From positions 1 through 13,660 of the forward strand of contig CAZMIT010000041.1 of assembly GCA_964566495.1 (NCBI GenBank): a DNA stretch of 13,660 bases, in the 5' to 3' direction. The notes below the pieces were generated by a model that saw only the letters and a program-made list of their open reading frames with translations, was not told the origin of the DNA and made no database searches. Both the position numbers and the translations under genes were made by a program. Origin of the DNA: an uncultured bacterium (GTDB taxonomy: Bacteria; T1Sed10-126). Numbering within the stretch: the stretch's first letter is position 1; each line of letters starts with the position of its first letter. Positions 1 to 7,827 of this stretch are shown here, one piece after another.

Positions 1-501
1 GGTCGAGTTGAGCGTGGCAAGATTAATGTTAAGGATGACGTTGAAATTGTTGGTTTGCAAGAAGAACCCATGGAAACTGTTATTACCGGGCTGGAAATGT
101 TCCGTAAAACCCTGGACGAAGCGGAAGCCGGCGATAATATCGGCGCTTTACTCCGCGGGGTTGAAAAAGAAGAAATTGAACGCGGAATGGTAATTGTGGA
201 GCCCGGCACCATTACTCCTCACACCAGGTTCAACGCTCAAGTATACGCGCTTACTAAGGACGAAGGCGGCCGTCACACGCCTTTCCGTGATGGTTACCGT
301 CCTCAGTTTTATATTCGTACGACCGACGTAACCGGCGACGTAAGTCTGCCCGAAGGCATTGACATGGTTATGCCGGGCGACGATGTTGAGGTTGAGATTG
401 AACTGGTAGTTCCAGTAGCCCTGGAGGAAAACCAGAAATTCGCCATCCGTGAAGGTGGGCGAACCGTCGGTGCTGGTGTTGTAACTGAGATTTTAGAGTA
501 A
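1..501 (+). CDS. tuf: Elongation factor Tu, C-terminal part (5' truncated by window edge)
   Basis: Frame is open from base 1 ([19 protein letters not shown]...); motifs [59 protein letters not shown]; stop TAA at 499-501. Confidence 0.99.
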   Translation, partial: GRVERGKINVKDDVEIVGLQEEPMETVITGLEMFRKTLDEAEAGDNIGALLRGVEKEEIERGMVIVEPGTITPHTRFNAQVYALTKDEGGRHTPFRDGYRPQFYIRTTDVTGDVSLPEGIDMVMPGDDVEVEIELVVPVALEENQKFAIREGGRTVGAGVVTEILE

Positions 502-514
502 TTACTGCTAAACT

Positions 515-578
515 AAGCCCAAATAATTCCTCCCCTCCCAACGGGGGGAGGAAAATTGGGACTTGTTCTCTGTTTTTT
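515..578 (+). terminator. Probable intrinsic terminator after tuf
   Basis: Stem TTCCTCCCC 527-535 / GGGGAGGAA 545-553, outer stem CCCAA 518-522 / TTGGG 556-560, followed by T-rich CTTGTTCTCTGTTTTTT. Confidence 0.7.
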
Positions 579-579
579 A

Positions 580-607
580 TTGAAAACTGGTGGAAAATTG
601 TTATAAT
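580..607 (+). promoter_or_regulatory. Sigma70/SigA-type promoter of the S10 operon (extended -10)
   Basis: TTGAAA 580-585, 16-nt spacer, TG at 599-600, perfect TATAAT 602-607; lies just downstream of the tuf terminator. Confidence 0.8.
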
Positions 608-688
608 TTTTGTTCCACAGATTTATTGTGTCAGAAACTTCATATAGCGGTAGTTTAAGCCGTTGTTGTTAATTGGGAGGATAGATCT

Positions 689-994
689 TTGCCTCGTAGA
701 ATAAGGATTAAGTTGAAAGCATATGATTACAGATTGATAGATCGTTCGGCGGAAGAGATAGTCTCCGCTGCTGAGCGCACTGGAGCCGATGTTAGTGGCC
801 CCGTGCCTCTGCCGACTGATATTCGGCGATATACGGTTAACACAGCGCCGCATAAGTTCGAACAGAGCAAAGAGCAGTTTGAGTTGCGAACCCACAAGCG
901 GCTGCTGGATATACACGAACCGAATAACGATACGATGGAAGCGTTAAGTCAATTGAACCTGGTAGCTGGAGTAGATGTCCAGATCAAAGGATAA
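689..994 (+). CDS. rpsJ: 30S ribosomal protein S10 (uS10/NusE)
   Basis: [34 protein letters not shown] start with GGGAGG SD at 675-680. Confidence 0.99.
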   Translation: MPRRIRIKLKAYDYRLIDRSAEEIVSAAERTGADVSGPVPLPTDIRRYTVNTAPHKFEQSKEQFELRTHKRLLDIHEPNNDTMEALSQLNLVAGVDVQIKG

Positions 995-1030
995 GGCTAG
1001 GTTTTCTATGCTTCTTAATAATTTTGGTCT

Positions 1031-1190
1031 GAAGGATGATAAGTAGTCTCTTCAGCGCACTGCCGAGAGTTTTAAATATTATTAACCCTGTGGTAAAGTT
1101 CTCGGCCTGGCGTTGAAGAGCCTGCCTAACCATCCTTCTAAACCCGTAAAATGACATATATATTTCCTTCGGGAAGCGTAAAATTACGGG
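1031..1190 (+). ncRNA. Putative structured cis-acting RNA in the rpsJ-rplC spacer (long hairpin plus cUUCGg hairpin)
   Basis: Pairings 1031-1038/1131-1138, 1043-1046/1122-1125, 1048-1057/1111-1120, 1062-1074/1094-1106; second hairpin 1143-1149/1184-1190 enclosing TTCC-TTCG-GGAA 1164-1175. Function is inferred only. Confidence 0.55.
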
Positions 1191-1218
1191 AAATTTATGG
1201 TATTACAGGTGAATTACG

Positions 1219-1848
1219 ATGGAAAAAATTTTGTTAGGTAAAAAAGAAGGTATGACCCGTGTCTATAATAATGACGACGAGGTTGTGCCGGTAACTGTTA
1301 TTGAGTCGACGGACTGTGTGCTGGTTGAGAAACGCCAGGTCAACGGTCAGCAGGTAGTACAGCTTGCTTTTGATAAAACCGATAACCTTAACAAACCGGA
1401 AGCCGGTCAGTTTGAATCCCGGGGGATCGAGCCGCGGCGAGTTATACGTGAGTTTGCTGTTTCTGAGGACTCACCTTTGCTTGAGGCCGAAACTGGTGAT
1501 GAGGTTGCTCCGGCACTTTTTGAAGTTGGAGATTCAGTAGATGTTGTTGGGGTTACTAAAGGACGCGGTTTTCAAGGAGTAGTTAAACGTTGGAACTTCT
1601 CCGGTGGCCCCGGTTCCCACGGTGGCGGTCTTGGCCGCCACCCCGGCTCAGTTGGACAATCCGCTGATCCCAGTCGGATCTATCCGGGGAAAAAGATGCC
1701 GGGGAGCTATGGTAACGATCAAAAAACTATGCAAAACCTTACAATCGAAAAAATTATTGATGAAAAAGGGTTGTTGCTTGTATCTGGTTCTGTCCCGGGC
1801 AGTGAGGGCGGAACAGTAATTATTCGCAGCGCCCGTAAAGGTGATTGA
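1219..1848 (+). CDS. rplC: 50S ribosomal protein L3 (uL3)
   Basis: GKKEGMT, VDVVGVTKGRGFQGVVKRWNF, GKKMPG, GSVPG; SD CAGGTGA upstream. Confidence 0.99.
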   Translation: MEKILLGKKEGMTRVYNNDDEVVPVTVIESTDCVLVEKRQVNGQQVVQLAFDKTDNLNKPEAGQFESRGIEPRRVIREFAVSEDSPLLEAETGDEVAPALFEVGDSVDVVGVTKGRGFQGVVKRWNFSGGPGSHGGGLGRHPGSVGQSADPSRIYPGKKMPGSYGNDQKTMQNLTIEKIIDEKGLLLVSGSVPGSEGGTVIIRSARKGD

Positions 1849-1849
1849 G

Positions 1850-2455
1850 ATGCCTGATATAAATCTAATTGATGGAGCTGAACTTGATTTCTGCAATGAG
1901 GTCGAAATGAATGAGCCGCTAATCCATCAGGCGGTTGTAGCATACGAGGCCAATAAAAGAGCTGATGTTGCCAGCGTTAAAAATAGGAAGCGAGTAGCCG
2001 GGCGCAATAAGAAACCCTGGAGACAAAAAGGAACCGGTCGCGCCCGCCATGGCAGCCGCATTAGTCCGCTCTGGGTTGGCGGAGGTCGGGCTCATGGCCC
2101 ATCCGGTCAGCAGGATCATTCACAAAAATTGACTCGTAAAATGAAACAGAAAGCTTTGCTCAGTGCTCTCGCTGTTCGGGCCCGCGAGGATAGCTTTTAC
2201 CGGTTGACGGAGGTAGAGCTGGATGAGCCGAACACAGCAACAATGCACAACCTCTTCGAGGAAGCCGACCTTGACGACGAAAGCGTTTTGCTTATCACTG
2301 ACGGGGAAGATCGTTTGCTCAGTCTTTCGGTTCGCAATCTGCCTTATTGTCGTCAGAAAAATGTTGATCTTTTGACCACTTATCATGTTGTCGCCAACTC
2401 GGTGCTTGTTTTTGCCGGGGAAACGCTTGAACAATTAAAAGCGAGGTTTGAATAA
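1850..2455 (+). CDS. rplD: 50S ribosomal protein L4 (uL4)
   Basis: [34 protein letters not shown] 1850 preferred over GTG 1841 because AAGGTGA 1838-1844 is its SD. Confidence 0.98.
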   Translation: MPDINLIDGAELDFCNEVEMNEPLIHQAVVAYEANKRADVASVKNRKRVAGRNKKPWRQKGTGRARHGSRISPLWVGGGRAHGPSGQQDHSQKLTRKMKQKALLSALAVRAREDSFYRLTEVELDEPNTATMHNLFEEADLDDESVLLITDGEDRLLSLSVRNLPYCRQKNVDLLTTYHVVANSVLVFAGETLEQLKARFE

Positions 2456-2748
2456 TGGAAAGCGAAGATGTAATTCAACAGCCTCTGGTTACAGAGAAAT
2501 TGATTGTTAATCGAGAGGTAGCGAATGAGTATCATTTTGCTGTTCACCAGGAAGCCAATAAGATAGAGATTAGACGGGCAATTGAAGATATGTTTGATGT
2601 TGATGTCGAAGATGTTCGAACAATGAATGTCAGCGGTAAAGAGAAACGAGTTCGCTGGGCAACCGGTTTCACACCGGATTGGAAAAAAGCTATCGTTCGT
2701 CTCGCTGAAGGCGACGTAATTGAAGAAGTGGAGGGACTACTGGCATGA
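2455..2748 (+). CDS. rplW: 50S ribosomal protein L23 (uL23)
   Basis: PLVTEK, ANKIEIRRAIE, WKKAIVRL; TAATG coupling with rplD. Confidence 0.98.
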   Translation: MESEDVIQQPLVTEKLIVNREVANEYHFAVHQEANKIEIRRAIEDMFDVDVEDVRTMNVSGKEKRVRWATGFTPDWKKAIVRLAEGDVIEEVEGLLA

Positions 2749-3566
2749 GTGATAAAAAACACAAACCAACTTCTCCGGGCCGGCGTCACTATAGCTTACC
2801 GGAGCGTTCTCATCTTTCCGATCAGTCGCCGGAGAAAAGTCTGACGGAATACATATCTGAAAACGCCGGTAGAAACTCATACGGGCGAATTACTGTGCGA
2901 GGGCGTGGAAGTGGCCACAAAAGGCTTTACCGCCGGATCGACTTCAAGCGTGACAAAGAAGATATTAGTGGCCGCGTGGAAAGGATTGAGTATGATCCGA
3001 ATCGTTCCGCCCATATAGCGCTGATTATTTATCCGGATGGCGAAAAGCGCTATATCTTAGCCCCTCGCGGTTTGAAGGAAGGGGACCACGTGGAAGCCGG
3101 CGACTCGGCTCCGGTTAAGATTGGCAACCATCTTCCATTATCTGAGATTCCGGTAGGAGCTTTTTTACACAACGTAGAGTTAAAAGCCGGAAAGGGAGGT
3201 CAGCTCTGCCGTGGCGCCGGAACCTCGGCACAGCTTGTCGGCAAGGACGGCGGTTACGCTCTCGTGCAACTGCCTTCCAGCCAGGGTCGCTGGATCAATC
3301 TAAAGTGTAAGGCGACCATCGGGCACGTTAGTAACCAGGAGCATATCAATACGACCTCAGGCAAAGCGGGGAGGAGCCGTCATCTTGGTCGCCGGCCAAT
3401 AACCCGGGGTATGGCAAGAAATCCCGTCGATCACCCACTTGGTGGCGGTGAGGGCAGAATTAAAGGTGGACACCCACAGCCTCCCAACGGTCGTATAAAT
3501 ATGGGAAAAAAGACGCGTAATAATAAACGAACCGATAAATTTGTTGTTAAGCAAATACAGGAGTAA
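2745..3566 (+). CDS. rplB: 50S ribosomal protein L2 (uL2)
   Basis: [48 protein letters not shown] overlap with rplW. Confidence 0.99.
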   Translation: MSDKKHKPTSPGRRHYSLPERSHLSDQSPEKSLTEYISENAGRNSYGRITVRGRGSGHKRLYRRIDFKRDKEDISGRVERIEYDPNRSAHIALIIYPDGEKRYILAPRGLKEGDHVEAGDSAPVKIGNHLPLSEIPVGAFLHNVELKAGKGGQLCRGAGTSAQLVGKDGGYALVQLPSSQGRWINLKCKATIGHVSNQEHINTTSGKAGRSRHLGRRPITRGMARNPVDHPLGGGEGRIKGGHPQPPNGRINMGKKTRNNKRTDKFVVKQIQE

Positions 3567-3577
3567 GGAGGAACTCA

Positions 3578-3865
3578 ATGCGTAGTTCCAAGAAAGGACC
3601 ATTCGTTGACGATCACCTGCTGGAAAAAGTTGAGGAAGCTAAAAGCGGCGAGGGTGACGAGGTTATAAAGACCTGGTCGCGCCGCTCGATGGTAATCCCG
3701 TCTATGGTCGGATTGACTATACAGGTCTATAACGGACGCAAACATATTCCTGTTTATTTGACCGAAAATATGGTTGGTCATAAACTGGGAGAGTTTGCTC
3801 CAACTCGGACTTTTCGCAGTCACACTTCAACGGAAAAACGTGTAATTAAGAAACCTGGAGGATAA
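3578..3865 (+). CDS. rpsS: 30S ribosomal protein S19 (uS19)
   Basis: [39 protein letters not shown]. Confidence 0.99.
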   Translation: MRSSKKGPFVDDHLLEKVEEAKSGEGDEVIKTWSRRSMVIPSMVGLTIQVYNGRKHIPVYLTENMVGHKLGEFAPTRTFRSHTSTEKRVIKKPGG

Positions 3866-3873
3866 TTAAACTA

Positions 3874-4224
3874 ATGGAAGCTAAAGCTCTTGCTAAACAT
3901 GTTAAAATTTCGCCCAAAAAAGCGCGGCCGGTAGCGGATTTGGTTCGCGGCAAGTATATACCGGAGGCTTATAATATATTGGAGCACACGCACAAGCGGG
4001 CCACGGAACCGCTTCAAAAAGCTATCCACAGCGCTGAGTCAAATCTCAAGGATCAGGATCCTGTCGCCCAATCCGATGATATTCGGATAAAAGAATTACG
4101 GGTTGATGAGGGACCGACGCTGAAGCGCTGGCGCCCTCGAGCCATGGGGCGCGCAACAGAGGTTAGAAAGCGTTCAAGCCATATCAAGGTAATTGTAACT
4201 AACGACGAAACGGAGGCGGATTAA
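3874..4224 (+). CDS. rplV: 50S ribosomal protein L22 (uL22)
   Basis: ISPKKARPVADLVRG, VDEGPTLKRWRPRAMGRA. Confidence 0.99.
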   Translation: MEAKALAKHVKISPKKARPVADLVRGKYIPEAYNILEHTHKRATEPLQKAIHSAESNLKDQDPVAQSDDIRIKELRVDEGPTLKRWRPRAMGRATEVRKRSSHIKVIVTNDETEAD

Positions 4225-4227
4225 ACA

Positions 4228-4857
4228 GTGGGTCAACAGGTTCATCCTACAGGTTTCCGGTTGGGGGTAACTTCTGACTGGGAAGACAAGTGGTTTGCTG
4301 AAGGTCCCGATAGGGCTGATAAACTTGCTGAAGACATTGAACTGCGCGAGGAAATACGAAAGCAATACCCCCATGCTCTGATAAGTGACATTATTATCAA
4401 GCGCTTTGCCGACAAAATCAGGATAGATCTCTCGGCGGCGCGGACGGGGATTATTATTGGCCGTGGTGGTTCAAACATCAAACAGTTGCGCAAAGATTTA
4501 CTGAAAAAAATTGGTGATAAGGACCTCGAAATAAATATTGAAGAAGTACCCGACCCTGAGACTGACGCCCAGCTGGTAGCACAGGAGATAGCTCGGAAGC
4601 TGGAGAGTCGTGTTCACCACCGACGGGCAATGAAAGAGGCTCTTCAGAACGGCATGCGGAAGGGAGCTCGGGGAATGAAAGTGCAAGTTTCAGGTCGTTT
4701 GAACGGCGCCGACATTGCGCGGCGTGAGTGGTATCGCGAGGGGCGAATTCCACTGCACACACTGCGTGCAAAAATCGACTATGCTTTTGCTGAATCAGAT
4801 ACTAAATTTGGAATTATTGGCGTAAAAGCCTGGGTCTTTAAAGGAGAAGAATTGTAA
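4228..4857 (+). CDS. rpsC: 30S ribosomal protein S3 (uS3)
   Basis: [14 protein letters not shown] loop [35 protein letters not shown] start, SD GGAGG. Confidence 0.99.
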   Translation: MGQQVHPTGFRLGVTSDWEDKWFAEGPDRADKLAEDIELREEIRKQYPHALISDIIIKRFADKIRIDLSAARTGIIIGRGGSNIKQLRKDLLKKIGDKDLEINIEEVPDPETDAQLVAQEIARKLESRVHHRRAMKEALQNGMRKGARGMKVQVSGRLNGADIARREWYREGRIPLHTLRAKIDYAFAESDTKFGIIGVKAWVFKGEEL

Positions 4858-5270
4858 TGCTACAACCAAAACAGCAGGAATTTCAAAAGCAACAACGCGG
4901 GAGGTTAACCGGCGTTGACAAACGTGGCAGTACGCTTGCCTTCGGTGAATACGGGCTTAAGGTTCTTGAGCCTGGTTGGCTGACAGCACGACAAATTGAA
5001 TCGGCGCGAATTGTCATTGCCCGTAGTCTTCAGAAGGAGGGACGGTTTTGGGTTCGCGTTTTTCCGGATAAACCCGTGACCGCTACTCCGGCCGAGACCA
5101 GAATGGGTAAAGGTAAGGGCGCTATCGAGTATTATGCTGCAGTTGTAAAACCCGGTAGGGTTGTATTTGAGCTGACCGGTATTGACGAAGCGGACGCCGA
5201 AGAAGCGGTTCGCCGCGCCGGACATAAGCTTCCCCTGAAAACGAAGTTTATTCGCAGGGAGCTGTTGTAA
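4857..5270 (+). CDS. rplP: 50S ribosomal protein L16 (uL16)
   Basis: [32 protein letters not shown]. Confidence 0.99.
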   Translation: MLQPKQQEFQKQQRGRLTGVDKRGSTLAFGEYGLKVLEPGWLTARQIESARIVIARSLQKEGRFWVRVFPDKPVTATPAETRMGKGKGAIEYYAAVVKPGRVVFELTGIDEADAEEAVRRAGHKLPLKTKFIRRELL

Positions 5271-5272
5271 AA

Positions 5273-5476
5273 GTGGATATTGATGAAGTGCGAAATATGA
5301 ATGATGAGGAACTGCGTGCTAAACTGGAGGAGCTGCGACAGGAGAAGGCAAACCTCAGGGTGCAGTCTGCATTAGCTCCGCCTGAAAATCCAATGCGCAT
5401 AGTGGAAATACGGAAAACTATTGCTAGAATTAAAACTGTCCAGAACGAGCGGGAGGATGAGCGAGCAAATGTCTGA
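5273..5476 (+). CDS. rpmC: 50S ribosomal protein L29 (uL29)
   Basis: [19 protein letters not shown] and position between rplP and rpsQ; GTG start. Confidence 0.96.
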   Translation: MDIDEVRNMNDEELRAKLEELRQEKANLRVQSALAPPENPMRIVEIRKTIARIKTVQNEREDERANV

Positions 5477-5804
5477 TACTGATAAACAAGAGAAACCACG
5501 TCGGAAACTTCGCGAGGGTTTTGTGGTTTCGGACAAGATGGATAAGACAATAGTTGTGGAAACTTCGCACGTGCGGCAGCATCCACTCTATAAGAAGCGA
5601 CTTGAACGTCGAAAAAAACTTAAAGCTCATGACGAAGATGAGTCGGCCACTCACGGTGATCGCGTTTTAATAGAGGAAACGCGGCGCAGGGCAGCGGACA
5701 AGTGCTGGCGCCTGGTTGAGATACTGGAGCGCAGTCCCGATTTCGCCGGTTCCGAGTTGGAAGAGTCTATAACCGGTGAAGGTGACACCGATGATACAAT
5801 CTGA
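5469..5804 (+). CDS. rpsQ: 30S ribosomal protein S17 (uS17) with acidic C-terminal extension
   Basis: [25 protein letters not shown]; start ATG 5469 (ATG 5457 is an alternative but abuts the GGAGG). Confidence 0.97.
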   Translation: MSDTDKQEKPRRKLREGFVVSDKMDKTIVVETSHVRQHPLYKKRLERRKKLKAHDEDESATHGDRVLIEETRRRAADKCWRLVEILERSPDFAGSELEESITGEGDTDDTI

Positions 5805-6159
5805 ATCTAAGCTCAAGGTCGCTGACAACTCCGGCGGCCGTGAAATTAAATGTATAAAGGTGCTTGGTGGTTCGCGCCGGCGTTACGCGACAGTCGGCGA
5901 TGTGATTACTGCTAGTGTTATAAATTCTATACCGGCGGCTGAGCTTGACGAAGGTGAAGTTGTTCGTGCCGTGATTGTTCGCACTAACAAGGAAAAACCC
6001 CGTCGTGATGGGACTTACGTTAGTTTCGATGACAACGCCGCCGTGATTATTGATGGCAATGATCTGCCCATCGGAACACGAGTTTTTGGACCGATAGCGC
6101 GAGAGCTGCGCGATAAGAAGTTTATGCGGATTATTTCCCTTGCTCCGGAGGTTGTCTGA
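5791..6159 (+). CDS. rplN: 50S ribosomal protein L14 (uL14)
   Basis: [40 protein letters not shown] 5791 gives the canonical 122 aa, SD GAAGGTGA. Confidence 0.99.
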   Translation: MIQSESKLKVADNSGGREIKCIKVLGGSRRRYATVGDVITASVINSIPAAELDEGEVVRAVIVRTNKEKPRRDGTYVSFDDNAAVIIDGNDLPIGTRVFGPIARELRDKKFMRIISLAPEVV

Positions 6160-6160
6160 A

Positions 6161-6490
6161 GTGTCTGATCAAATAAAACATATTCGCACGGGAGACGAAG
6201 TAATTGTGATTAGTGGTAAGGACCGTGGCAAAGTTGGAGAGGTTATTAAGGTCCTCCCGGAACAGGAAAGGGTCATTGTTGAGGATATGAATATGGCAGT
6301 TCGACACAAGCGCGAACAGCGCCAGGGCGGGCCCTCCGGACGGATTAAACAAGAAGCCCCGATTCATGTTTCTAATGTTATGATAGTTGACCCGGAAACC
6401 GGGGAGAGGACCCGGGTCGGTCGTGAATATGATGATAATCAGGAAGAATGGGTTCGGGTGACCAAAAAGAGTGGCACCCGGCTTGACTGA
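6161..6490 (+). CDS. rplX: 50S ribosomal protein L24 (uL24)
   Basis: KOW motif GDEVIVISGKDRGKVGEV, EAPIHVSNV; GTG 6161 with GGAGG 6147-6151. Confidence 0.98.
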   Translation: MSDQIKHIRTGDEVIVISGKDRGKVGEVIKVLPEQERVIVEDMNMAVRHKREQRQGGPSGRIKQEAPIHVSNVMIVDPETGERTRVGREYDDNQEEWVRVTKKSGTRLD

Positions 6491-6519
6491 GAGTTAATTC
6501 GTGAAAAGGAGACCTGCAA

Positions 6520-7071
6520 ATGACAGCAACAAAGATTGATTCTGGAGAAAAATCGTCGCGCCGTCAACGCCGGAAAAATTTACTTGAGCGGCTTGATCTC
6601 GAAAATATTAACGCCGTTCCCCGGCTTGAAAAAATTGTTGTTAACGTTGGCGTGGGCGACGCTTCAGAAAACGTCAGTAAAATGGATGAAATTGAGGAAT
6701 CCCTTGCTCGTATAACCGGTCAACAGCCCCTGGTAACACGGGCCCGCAAGTCGGTGGCTAATTTTGGTGTCCGACAGGGCGACCCCATGGGATACAAGGT
6801 GACGCTCAGAGGTCGTAAAATGATTGAGTTTTTACGTAAGGTTATTCACCTCGTGTTGCCCCGCACTAAGGATTTTCGCGGGCTTGACTCGGGAAGCTTT
6901 GACGGGCGGGGTAATTATTCGTTTGGCCTTGACGAACAGGGGGTATTCCCTGAGATTTCTTATGAAGACATTAGCTCCATCTTTGGGATGGATATCACAA
7001 TAGTAACTAGCACGGAAGATACGGAAGAGGCTAAAGCGCTATTAGAGGAGTTTGGCTTCCCTTTTGCGTAA
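6520..7071 (+). CDS. rplE: 50S ribosomal protein L5 (uL5)
   Basis: VPRLEKIVVNVGVG, ITGQQP, KVTLRG, SFDGRGNYSFG, GMDITIVT. Confidence 0.99.
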   Translation: MTATKIDSGEKSSRRQRRKNLLERLDLENINAVPRLEKIVVNVGVGDASENVSKMDEIEESLARITGQQPLVTRARKSVANFGVRQGDPMGYKVTLRGRKMIEFLRKVIHLVLPRTKDFRGLDSGSFDGRGNYSFGLDEQGVFPEISYEDISSIFGMDITIVTSTEDTEEAKALLEEFGFPFA

Positions 7072-7170
7072 ATACATAGTGAGTTCCGTTTAATAAACCC
7101 TGTTCCCCTCGCGGCGTGGGTTTAGATGTGAGCTGCACTCAAAAGTTATAAGATTAGAAAGGTGATTATA

Positions 7171-7356
7171 GTGGCTCGAAAAGCTCAGTTGGAAAAACAT
7201 AAAAAAGAGCGTAAGTTCGAAGTACGGGATTTTAACCGGTGCAACCGCTGTGGCCGGACCGGCTCCTATATGAGGGACTTTGGACTCTGTCGTCTCTGTT
7301 TTAGGAAGCTTGCTCACCGGGGACAGATACCCGGTGTCCGTAAATCGAGCTGGTAG
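7171..7356 (+). CDS. rpsN: 30S ribosomal protein S14, short zinc-binding (C+, type Z) form, 61 aa
   Basis: CNRC and CRLCFR zinc motifs, [12 protein letters not shown] 7171 with SD GAAAGGTGA 7157-7165. Confidence 0.98.
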   Translation: MARKAQLEKHKKERKFEVRDFNRCNRCGRTGSYMRDFGLCRLCFRKLAHRGQIPGVRKSSW

Positions 7357-7425
7357 CGAAATAATTGCTCCGGCGACCGGTAAACTGGTCCGGCTGGAGA
7401 ATATTAATATTAGGAGGATTAAGTT

Positions 7426-7824
7426 GTGAATGTTACAGATCCAGTTGCAGACATGTTAGCCCGCATAAACAACGCCCTGGTTCGTAAACAGGACGTGGTT
7501 GATATACCCTCTTCAAAATTGAAGCGTGGTATTGCTGAAAAACTTTCGGATGAGGGTTTTATTCTTGATTATAAAAATATTCGTAATCCGCGCCAGGGTA
7601 CTTTGCGCATCCATCTAAAATACGGTCCCGAAGAAGAATCGATAATCCAGGGACTAAATCGAGTTAGCAAACCCGGGCGCCGCCGTTACGTCGGGGTCGG
7701 AGAGATACCGCTTGTAAAAAGTGGTCTTGGTATAGCGCTACTCACGACACCCAAGGGTGTTTTGACCGGGCGTGAAGCACGTGCCGAAAACGTCGGCGGC
7801 GAATATCTTTGTGAGGTGTGGTGA
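7426..7824 (+). CDS. rpsH: 30S ribosomal protein S8 (uS8)
   Basis: TDPVADMLARINNA, RVSKPGRRRY, GLGIALLTTPKGV, VGGEYLCEVW; GTG start, SD AGGAGG. Confidence 0.99.
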   Translation: MNVTDPVADMLARINNALVRKQDVVDIPSSKLKRGIAEKLSDEGFILDYKNIRNPRQGTLRIHLKYGPEEESIIQGLNRVSKPGRRRYVGVGEIPLVKSGLGIALLTTPKGVLTGREARAENVGGEYLCEVW

Positions 7825-7827
7825 ACG

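Noticed and set aside
1031..1138. Long hairpin as SRP (4.5S) RNA, 6S RNA, tRNA or a MITE
   Set aside because: No SRP domain IV GGAA-loop motif, no large central bubble or typical 6S length, no cloverleaf, and no evident target-site duplication. A MITE cannot be fully excluded without the rest of the genome.
5421..7170. Longer upstream starts given by the ORF track for rpsQ (5421), rplN (5776), rplX (6140) and rpsN (7162)
   Set aside because: Downstream starts have properly spaced SD sequences and give more canonical protein lengths.
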